From assembly GCA_951804945.1 (NCBI GenBank), contig OX638156.1, positions 49,724,001 through 49,788,000 of the forward strand: a DNA stretch of 64,000 bases, given 5' to 3'. Source of the DNA: Podarcis cretensis. Its lineage: Eukaryota. Positions 54,174-64,000 of the stretch are shown piece after piece. The translations under genes were made by a program, and so were the position numbers. A model generated the notes under the pieces. It was not told where the DNA came from. It saw only the letters and a program-made list of their open reading frames with translations, and searched no databases. Positions within the stretch are counted from its first letter, which is position 1. The number at the start of each line of letters is the position of its first letter.

Positions 54174-56825
54174 AGCCCCAGTGGTGGGCGAACTTGTGTG
54201 CCACGCTTAACTGGGTTCCTTCCAGTTTGGCCACTGCTCAGATGCTCGGCCCTTCCCCCAGTTGTGTGCCTAGAATCATTCCACTGACAGAGGCTCCTTC
54301 TCTCCACCCCCTGTAGGGGAGGTCTGAGCCTGGGTAGGGTAGATTGGGGTCAGCCAAGGGGAGACTCTGAAGGAAGCAGTGACTGCGCTGCTTCTGTGAG
54401 GAGAGGAGCAAGGGCTCAACATCCCCCACCACCTCACTCAAGCACTTTATTGGACACTTGCTCACACATAGCAGGAGGGTGCTTTTACCAGGGCAAGGGA
54501 GCAGTGAGGGAGTTTGCCAGGTTTCTTCTGCTCGGGTCCCAAGTTAAGGATTTTTGTCTGGGCCTCCCAGCAGCCCCTCTCCAGGCACCGAGTCAAGGGA
54601 GCCTGGATTTCTCCTCAGGGAGGTAGTATTTGTATGCAATTTCCTCACATGTGTTAGATTGAAAGGAAATGGTTAATAGTCTGTTAAATTGCAAACCTGG
54701 CAGTGTGCTGCCTCACAGCTCTGCAGCCAGGTAGAACTCGAATCCCATAGGTGAGAATGGTGTAGGTGTACGTGTGAGAGGATGTTCTAGCTCTGGCTTC
54801 TTCAGCTATCTCCATCCTGCTGTTAAGTCCCCACCTCCATCTTCTAGAAAGGCTGCATCCACTTCTGTTGCAGATGCCTTAGATGTTCACAGCTAAGCCA
54901 GGTCTGAATGGCCTGGGCTGACTAAGGCTTGTCACAGAGGTGGATGCCTCAAGTTACAGCCAGCTCCTTTGAAAAGTGCAAGGCAGTTTGTATATAAGAG
55001 CATGCTAGTGCACATACAGACACTCCTGCTTTTCCTTGGGGTGATTAAAGCATTTCCTATTGAGAGTTTGGAGAGGGGACATTCTGGCCACTGTAACCAG
55101 CTTGAATGGCCCCCACTACATGTGTAAGATTTCTTTGGATATTAGAAAAATGTATTCAGGTTCTTCTGATAAAGATGAAAATTGCTCTTCTGTGTGCACT
55201 GGTGACTCAAACAGAATGAAAGAAGATAAAATGTGCAAGTAGTTAACAGTTTTTGAGCTGAGAAAGCTGTAGAACTGCTTGGGTTCAAGACGCTGGCTGA
55301 GTACCCTCTCCTGCACTGGTGCCCTCAACTCAGCAGGGGTGAGCTCTAGGGCTCTGAATCATAGCCGTGACTCTGCATCAGTGCCATCCAAGTCCCACTC
55401 CAGAATAGCAGCCAGGAAGCTCCTCCCACTGCTCCAAATGGGCAGTCTTGGCTTGTTTCCCTTGGATGTTTTGTCTACAGTTGTTGCTTTTAGGCCATTG
55501 CCTACAGGCATTCCTGGCTCACAACGGGAACTGCTTTCCTGTCTGACCAGCCACCTCATCCACTCCAAGCCCTCTCTATATGAAAGGTGGAAGACTTTGC
55601 TGTTCTCCTCTGGAAGGCCCGGCACTTTGCACTATTCCGAGCCAGGTTTCCCTGCAAACCACCCTCTGCCTTCCTTACTTGCTCTTGGGCTCCCCTGGAT
55701 TGTGTGCTTACTAGACCAACACTCATTTCCATGTAAATGCTGGCCTAGGTTTCTCCTTTGTCCTTCAGCTCCCCTGCCACCAGGGAGGAGATGTCTGCTT
55801 CATGCCATTAGGGCAGAGTGCCCTTTTACTCCCAGGGCTTCATGGGAGCTGGATCACTTGCACAGCATCACAGCAGAAGAGCCTGATTGGCCACCTCTTT
55901 CATTGGCACCAACTCTGGCCCTCCATGGCTATTGAGGGTCAGTTCCCCTCAGTTCATCTGGACCGCCCAACACTACTGCCACCGCTGCCACCCTGGTCCA
56001 GTGCTGTTTCAGGATAGCTTGCTGCACAGCCCTTAGAGTTAGGAATAGAGCTGCAAAATATGGAAGTGTCATTGGGCACTACTCCATCTGGGGCCGCTGG
56101 AGGGTTGGGAGAACCAGCTTCCTAGAGCAATAAGCTATTTCTCTCTTGTGACACTACAGCATGACCCCTTTCCAAGCCCTAGTAAATATTTGGGAAGGGC
56201 TCCCTAATATGCAATACTGTGGGACTGGCAGCTGCACAGCTGTGTCCATTTGGCCATTCCATGGGGTAGGAAGGGGGCTGCTAAAAGAGACATGTTTCAG
56301 TGTGGGGTGCCAAACTAGGGGGTGATGAACTGGGGTCCTGCTCTTCAGAAGGGCACCAACCAGATACCCTTTCCAGCTAAAAGGTTTCCCGTCCCTTCTT
56401 GCCGGCTGTTTCTGTAGCCCTTGCCTGCAAGAGCAAACATCCGCTTATATTAAGTCCCACCTCTGCCCAGAAACACTGAGCGATGGCCTGACCCAGTGGC
56501 TTGTTGTAGAAAAAGTTCCTTTGCTATATTCTCAAGATGCACTGAGGAAGAAAGCAAACATAGTCAGCCTGCCACCCTTCAATCCCTTGCATAGCACCTT
56601 AGTTGGGGTGGGTCACCTTCCTGTATGCAGCTGGCAAGGGGCAAGTGTGTAGCAGCCCTGCAACCAACACCAGTCATCTTCACTCCGAAACCCACTGCAT
56701 CGTATCTCTAAAGCCTTAGGACTAGCCGAGTGCCCAGCCCCTTTTCTCCTACCTGATCTTTAATGAAGCATTACCAATCTAAGGAGGATAATCTATTTTG
56801 TTGTGCTTTTTTTGTACCTGTTTTA

Positions 56826-56831
56826 AATAAA
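56826..56831 (+). terminator. Candidate ATXN1L polyadenylation signal
   Basis: AATAAA in an AU/UGUA-rich segment about 2.65 kb after the stop. Confidence 0.5.
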
Positions 56832-58001
56832 TCAATTTGTACTGTATATTTGTATTTTGGGTGAGATCCTTTTTCCTGTTTTACCATTTAAAGTCTCTGT
56901 ACACACAGATTGTATTTTTATTGTTAATGCTCTTATGAATACTGCATTTAACTTGTTGACTTATGTAAACAGTATATATACATATATCTATATCTATATA
57001 TATATATCTATATAATTATAAGCCAATAGCTTTTCCTTTGATGTGTCTGTGTCTTACTTGTCTCCTGGAGAAAATTTTGGCAGAAACCCCAAAGCTCATA
57101 AAGGAAACTTCCTTAAATTCATATGATGGTCACTAAAGCCCCAATTAGCAATCTTCACACTGGCACAATTAGCTCTGTTCTGTTGTGTAAAAAATTTAAC
57201 AGGCTGCACATAGGTTTTATGATTTAAGATTAATAGGACAGAACAGACCTGGCTAACAAGACAGAGATAACTTCTCCTCGCTTGTGCAGCAAAGTCTCTC
57301 CCTTTTACCTAGTTTGGAAGTTGGGCAAGAGACAACACAGGCTGCTGACCAAGAAAAGAAATATACCCCTCATTAGGGCCTTCCTCTAGCCTTTGTTTAG
57401 AAGTCTGCCTTTCACTGGTGCTCCCAGGGAGAAACTGCCTCCTTCCACCACCATCTCTCTAAGCACAAAGGCAAGAAGAGCAGCAGCACTCAAATCTAGC
57501 TGCTTTCTCCCTCCCCAACATGTATCCCCCCAGAATGTAAAATTCTTCCACAAACCTCCCATTTGGTGCTGCTGTACCTAAGTCTAGCAGCCACTATGAT
57601 TAGGCCTAATACACCCGTGGGTAACTTGTGAGGCTCCAAGCCGTATTATACACCTCCCTCTTCAGGACTCCACCTTCTTTGCTAGTCCCCACTTAAGAGC
57701 TCCAGCGTGATGTAGTAAGGGGCAGGCTACAGAACTGCAAAATTCCAGCTGGATCTTGCCCAGCAAGGAAGCAAGCTGGGCAAGGCAGAAGCAGCAGCAG
57801 CCTTTCAAGCTGCTGCAGTGAATTGGCCAAGCCCACGAGGCACAGACTGAGGACATGTACAATTAATTTATTTCTGATCACAACCAGTGCGCCTGCCCCT
57901 TCCTCCCTCCCTCAGACCACTGTCACACTCCAGTTCCATGCTTCACTGGCGGAGCAAGTGGGGCCTCAGCAGACAAGAGCAGGTCCTCCTTTTTATCCTC
58001 C

Positions 58002-58671
58002 TCAGTGCAGGGCACTGGGACTCGGCTCCTCAAAGGCCATTTTACCAAGCAGCTGCCCCTCAAGCTCTAGCCCACCCACTGGCAGTGGGAAGAAGTTCAT
58101 CTCGGCTGCCAATGCAGCCATGGCCGAGGGGTCCTGGCCAAACTGTGCCCGCAGCATCATGTCCATTTTCTCCAGCCGCCGCTTTAGCCTCTTGGCTTCA
58201 CGCTCCCGGATGAGCCGAGCTTGCCGCTTCTCAGGGGTCTCGTTGGCCCGCTTGAGGCGCATTGCTTCACGGTCCCGCTGCAGGCGGCGCGCACGCTGCT
58301 CGTCCGTCTCCTGCATGCGCTGCAGCCGCTTGGCCTCTCGATCCCTCATGCGCCTCACCTCCCGCTCCTCCGGCGTCTCGTTGTCTCGACGGCTCTTCTT
58401 AGCTGTGCGCTCTCGCTCCAGGCGCTGCAGCCGCACCTCCAGGGGCTCGTTCTGCCTTCGCAAGGCCCACTTGCGAACCCCTGGAGCTTGAGCTTCCAGA
58501 AGCTTGCGATAGGCCACGCAGCTGTTGCACACCAGGAGGATGCCAGCAGGATACACTGTGGGGCTGACAGCAGCAGCAGCACCACCACCTGCTTTTTCCT
58601 CGGCACCAGAAGAAGCCTCAGGGAGGGGAATGGGCAGGGCATCTCCACACAGCACCTCTGACACCTTCTCA
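58002..58671 (-). CDS. ZNF821: ZNF821 last exon (STPR domain)
   Basis: 670 nt to TGA. Confidence 0.96.
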
Positions 58672-61593
58672 CTGTGAAAGTCAAAGAGTAGAAATGACGG
58701 GTGGTCGGCACAGATCGTAAGAAGCCATTGTGTAGGCTTGCAAGCCACTGCCTTAGCTGTAACCCTCCCCATCCCTCTGGCCATGCTTACAAGCCACCCC
58801 ACCCACATGGCCTGCATAACGCTTCTGGCTGGGGTCACCTATTCCAGCTGCCTCCAGAAATTGCCAGGTATAACCTCCATTGCTTCCATTGAACAGGGCC
58901 CCTCCAGGACTTCCAAAATGCGGCCTGGGCCACGTTGTCCCAGTCCCACCGTCAGAGATGCCCACTTCTCACCTGTTGAAAGTAGCATGGCTGGTGAAGC
59001 GAGCCCCACACACCGCACAGTTGGACAGTTGGTCCTCGGAGTGGATGAGGAGGTGCCTGCCCAAGGAGCCCGGGGAGCTGAGTGCTCGGCCACAGACGGG
59101 ACACAGGTAGCTCTTGGCACTGACCACAGCTGCCGTATGCTGCAAACGAGGCCGGGCTGTGAGGCAAGGGCTCCGCCGCCCTGTCCCCCTCTCAGCTGTC
59201 CCTATGAGGGCAGGCAGCCAAGGCCATGCCACGGAAGAGCTCCCTCTTCTGTTAGGGAAAGAAGGAGAGAGACCCGCAAGGCCTTCCCTGGGATGTGGTG
59301 CAAACCCACCAGGGGGGATGATTCAAATTGCATCCAATGCCAACAGCCCCTGCCCCCATCCCCACCCTTTCCCAGTCCAGGATTACTAATTTCAGCCTGG
59401 AAGGAAAGGGGGAGCCAGGGCAGGGATGGTTTAGCCTTGCGTGATGGTCTCATCAAAGCCCCCTCTAAGTACCTGATAGACATGAGTGACAAGCTGCTCC
59501 CTGCTTCCACACTCTAGCTGGCAGAGGGGACAACGGGAGAGTCCCATCAGGGTATCTGGGCTGGCATTTAAACCCATCTGCAAGCAAGGAAAGGCAGGCT
59601 AAGGAAAGAGCAGAGAACAAGACCCATGCCTGGTATTCTGCCACACGCATACACATACCCCTCCCCCCAACTGATGCTGCACCAGACCCTTTAAAACCAT
59701 GTTGACAGATTCTCTACAATGTAAGATTAGCCCTGCGCAATCAGATTGAGGGTCTACCTAGCTGTGTGTTGTCTTTTTAACACACAGCAGCCAACCAAAT
59801 GCCTCTTCTGGGAAGCCCAGAATGAGATGACAACAGCTCTATCACTCCCCTTGCCCCCATTACCATTAGGGAACTCTAATGCTAAAAAGCCTAGACCCAA
59901 TCACTTGAGCCTGCTGCAGTGATCACATGGGCACATCAAAGGACCAGGCCCAGGAATCCCAGAGTTGGCTATACAGTCCTCTTTCTCCATGCTAAGGCCA
60001 TCCAAGAGTCTGCTATTGCTATTCTCCCTTCCACCGAGTAACCACAGCAGCGTTGCACTTTTGCTTTACTATGTGTTGACTATGGCCAATGTGATGCACT
60101 TGCCTCATGGCCTCGAGCGACCTGCTTGCTGCAGCCCAGCTGCTCAGTAAGTTCCAGTTCCTTTTTCACTGTCGCTGATGCTCCGTCCTCCTCAGAAGCA
60201 TGGGAGGAGACCTCATCTTGTGTTGTCTCATCCCCCTCGCTATCACCTGGAATACAGAACAGCTTTAGGCCTCTGCCACAGACCAGCTGACAGGATTCCA
60301 AAGCAGCATGCAGGTGTTTGGTCTCTCCCAGGTGTCCCAGAGCTGCCCTCCTGTACCAGATGGGGAAACTCACTGTTGCTGCTGCTGCTACTGCTGCTGC
60401 TGGAGTCCTTTTCTTGTGGCGGAGGTGGCAGCTGCTGCATGAGTGGTGACTGGGCTCCAAGCAGCCCAGGGAAGTCTCTTCGCATCATGGCCTGACGTGT
60501 GTGCTCTTCTAACCCAGCAAAGACTTGCTCCCCTGGGGAGGAAGAAGCCGCATTAGCCCATTGCCCTTCCCAAGCCCAATCATTCCTTGCCCCCTCCTCA
60601 GATGCCCAGTGATGGTCTCCCCTACCTGAAGATGGCCCAGAATGGGACTAATGCCTGGGCTCCATTCCCCAAAACAGCTTTCCCCAAACCCTTCCTGCAA
60701 AGCAACGGTGGCCTGACCAATCCGTCCCTTCGCATCCTTTCCAACATGACCTGGAAATACAAATGTCTTCAGCAGAATTAAGCACACAGGGAGGGCTCCT
60801 GCGTGCCCTGGCTCCGCCCTAGAATTTGCATGTGCTCCCCCACCCCCGGGGCCCATATTTTGGAAGAGCTTGTCCTGCCATACAGGTTCTCCTCCAGGGG
60901 TAAAGCTGTTACATGTGTGTAAAAGATGCTTTAGTGTAGGCAATAGCAAACCTACTTATCTACTTTTGCAAACCAAATTTGTGGTGGGAGACGTCTTCTG
61001 TGGATTTTGTGGTCCAGGTTTAGTTATTTGCTTTAGTTCCTCCTTGATACGTTTTCTCTTAAGTTGTGCAAAGTGGGCAGTGCTTGCCTGAAATTGCCAG
61101 ACTCTTTCCTGGGCCTTTGCTATTTCAATTCTGATCCTAAAGCTATCATGGTGCCTGGAAGTCCCCTGTTCCTCATTGTGCAAGGGAGACTAGCCAGCCA
61201 TTCCCAACTAGTGCTGAAAAGCTGTTCATTTGCAGAAGAAACATCAGTGGGTAAGGTGGCCCAATGAGAGACAGAATGCCACTAGAATGGCGGAGAGGGG
61301 TTCTGAGCCCCCAGAGTACCTAAGGAGCCCTTAGGCTCCAATACGTGGTACGTGGACATGTCTCAGCTCAGCCAACAAATCCTCGATGTTGGGCAGGGAG
61401 TCCCCACCAGGGCTATGGGAGAAGAATGCAGCAAATAGTGGAGGGGAGGGCTGTCCCCCCCCCCCATCATTTTGCAGATGAGGATGCCTCGCTTGAGCGG
61501 GGGAAGGGGGTGAAGGTGGAAGTGACAACAGCCCCCCTCCCCTTATTACTCACAGTGGACTTTATTGGGGGTGGTCTGTTTCCGACGGGACAT
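58002..61593 (-). CDS. ZNF821: Zinc finger protein 821 (C2H2 fingers plus STPR repeats), 427 aa
   Basis: Exons 61554-61593, 60374-60532, 60104-60246, 59473-59577, 58973-59139, 58002-58671; MSRRKQTTPNKVH start, CPVCGRALSSPGSLGRHLLIH, ETPEEREVRRMRDRE repeats; AATAAA at 57867-57872. Confidence 0.97.
58973..59139 (-). CDS. ZNF821: ZNF821 exon (HTAAVV...HATFN)
   Basis: 167 nt. Confidence 0.96.
59473..59577 (-). CDS. ZNF821: ZNF821 exon (MGLNAS...CPLCQLECGSREQLVTHVYQ)
   Basis: 105 nt. Confidence 0.94.
60104..60246 (-). CDS. ZNF821: ZNF821 exon (SDSEGDETTQDEVSSH...RGHE)
   Basis: 143 nt, GC donor GAG|GCAAGT. Confidence 0.88.
60374..60532 (-). CDS. ZNF821: ZNF821 exon (WEQVFAGLEE...poly-Ser)
   Basis: 159 nt. 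Confidence 0.92.
61554..61593 (-). CDS. ZNF821: ZNF821 first coding exon
   Basis: 40 coding nt, donor GTGAGT. Confidence 0.92.
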
Positions 61594-63360
61594 GGTTCCC
61601 CCCCCCCGGGGGGGCGCACCTGCGGAAAGAAGAGCCCTGTCACCATGCGGGGGATGACCAGGGTAGGCGAGCGGGGGGCGTTTAGAGATCAGCCCCCACC
61701 CCGCGCTCGAAAGGAGGCTGCTGCCGCCTCGGCCCTTACCTGACTCCGTCGCCCGGCCTGGGCTCGCCCAGCAGCGCTGCAGGAGGACAAAGGGCCGCCC
61801 AGGCTGGCAGACAGACAGACAGAGGAAGATGGCGGCACGGCGGGAGCGCCCGGCTCGTGCACGGCGGGACCGACGGACAGACAGGCGGACGGGGGCGCGC
61901 TGCGCTGGAGCCCTTCCCTCCCCTCCGAGCGGAGCGCGCCTCTTGCCTGGCAGCAGGGGCGCCGATCCCGAGGCCGGCGCAGGCGCTCAGCCGGGAGGGG
62001 GTCCCGCAGCCATCAGGCCGGCGCCTCCGGGGGCTTCACGCACCCAGACCAGCCAGCAGGGCCAGAGTTGTGTCCTTCGGCGCTCTCCACGGGCCCGGCT
62101 ACCGAGGAGGAGGAGCAGGAGCAGGAGCAACTGCTGCTGCTGCAACCCTCCTCCCTTGCCCCGAGTCGCCTGCTTCCACGGGGCCGCTTCTCCTCTTGTC
62201 GGAGCGGCGGCGCCGCGGTGCTAGTGGCGGGGCTGCCGCCGTCCCCGCCTCTTTTCAAGCCACGAGCAGGGGGACCCGATTGACGCCCCCGCCATGCCCT
62301 GCAAGGCGCCCGGCCATTCACGCGAGCGCCCCTACAGCGGGAGGGCTCCAGTCTGCCGAGCGACGCCCCCGGGGATGGGAAGCAGCTCGGAGGGAGGGGG
62401 GCAGTGGGCGGGGCCGCCGCCTCTTCCTCCTCCTTCTCCGACGTCGTACCCGACGAGGTCGGAACTCTCCAGCCGCGGTTGAGGGCTATGGAGGGACCTC
62501 AATGAAGGTAACGCTCGCTTTAGGAAGTACGACTTTTATTGAGGTCCCTCTTTCTCCGGCGAGAGATCCCTCCGCCCGTAAAGTAGTTCCGCACAAACAC
62601 AAAGCGCCCCGTGCGTCGCTGCACTGTATCTTGGAGAAGCCGCGTCGCAGACAGAGGGCCGGACGCTGCTAAGAACTACGACTATTGCTTTTGCTACTGT
62701 CGCTGTCGCGCACCTCCTCCTCCTGAAAAGCAGAGAAGAGACGTATCCCTCCGCCTGCCCAGCTGAGGCTGGACCCGTGACGCCGCCAACGCCACCTTCG
62801 CTGCCTGCCGGGACAGACGGAAACAAAAAGACTCCCCCCCGCCCCCGGGTAAGGCCGCCCCAGCTGACCGCCCTCGCTCGGCTCTGCGTTTTCCGGGGAG
62901 CGGGGCCGTTGCCCTCCTTGGACGACTCGAGGTCCTGCTTCCCGCCGCCCTCACAAGCCTCCCCCGCCTTCCCGGTCGCCTTTCGCCCGAGGAACGGGCC
63001 GAGGCAGGGAAGGGCCCCGGGAAAGGCGAGAGAGGCCCGGAGGGTCCGCCGCCTGAAGCTGCCTTCGGCCAGCCGGTGGCGGGAGGTACGGGCGAAGAAG
63101 CGGCGCTTCCTGGTCCGTGGCTGGCGGGCTTGGCCTCTGCCCAGCCTGACCGCTCGCCTTCCCTTCCGGCTCTTGCTCCTGCCGCTGGCCGGGAATGGCT
63201 CCTCCTTGGGGCCTGTAGCACATCGAAACTGGCAGTCTGGGCCACGGGTCGGGCGGCGCTGGTGTTTCGCCTTTGAGGTCTCTGAACCCGGAGCGGGCAG
63301 CTGCCTGTGTCTAGCCGAAAGCGAAGCCGTTGCCGGAAGAAGAGTTGGGAATTGCCTTCG
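61580..63360. promoter_or_regulatory. CpG island: ZNF821 promoter, probably shared with the next gene (IST1 by synteny)
   Basis: Very high CpG density; minus-strand donor at 61739; YY1 motif AAGATGGCGGC near 61826; plus-strand donor-like CGG|GTAAGG at about 62849. Confidence 0.7.
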
Positions 63361-64000
63361 TGCCTCTGTAGTTCAACTACCTGCAAACTCCTCCACCCTC
63401 TTGGAGCAAATCCTCCACCAGCTCCCACATAGGTGGGAGCTGAGCTCTCTACCGCTTCCAGTGCTGAAAAGCGGGGCAGGTTTGTCCTCCAGGGATTGAA
63501 ACTGGTTAAAGAGATCCAAGGTTGTGAGCTGCCCCTTGTGCTGTATATGGTTGGGCCTGGCTGATCAAATCATGTACAAAAGGGGGGGAAACCAGAAATC
63601 TGTTGCTTGCACAGATGAAAGTGCTCTACACATACATACAGACAAAAAACACACACACAAAGCATTTCTTAAGTGGATAAATAGGTTTTAGCATACTGTA
63701 CTATTACACACACTTGAGTCTGTATGGACTCTGTTTAAAAATGGCTGGCATTTGTAGTCTATTCAAACATTTATTCTTGCTGTATACAAAAATTCACATT
63801 AAAATTTCTTATATTTGCTTGTTTGCTTTATTATATATTTGCAGCGGAGATAAAACATTACAGCTCGCAACCTTTCCACATTCAAACCAATCCAGATCCT
63901 GAGATCTGAGACCATTCACTGTCTGCCTCTCCAAAAGATGTTCAGCAGGTAGCAACAAGAGAACAGATCTCCCCCCCCCCTCCAATTGTGAAATGCTCCA

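Noticed and set aside
61829-63499. Several 130-270 aa Arg/Pro/Gly-rich ORFs
   Set aside because: Composition artefacts of the CpG island; no recognisable domains.

Overview
Vertebrate genomic DNA, most likely a lacertid lizard judging from the Sauria-type and other squamate SINEs, CR1 and L1. The window is syntenic with human 16q22 and carries TAT (minus strand, 3' end runs off the left edge), MARVELD3 (+), AP1G1 (-, complete, with the 9-nt NEK microexon and intronic SNORD71), ATXN1L (+), ZNF821 (-, with one GC-AG intron) and a CpG island at the right end that probably also starts IST1. Exon boundaries were read from the sequence and checked for phase. The most notable observation is that PHLPP2, which lies between MARVELD3 and AP1G1 in human, has no room here (about 2.8 kb gap), and there may be a decayed trace of its last exon. 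Other observations: a four-layer nested transposon stack, an L1 inserted into a CR1, a 34-bp copy of an AP1G1 exon inside another intron, a shifted splice acceptor in AP1G1, and a poly-Gly uORF plus an overlapping alternative ORF in ATXN1L. No prokaryotic-type system (CRISPR, operon) is present. Homology statements rely on recalled reference sequences, not on searches.
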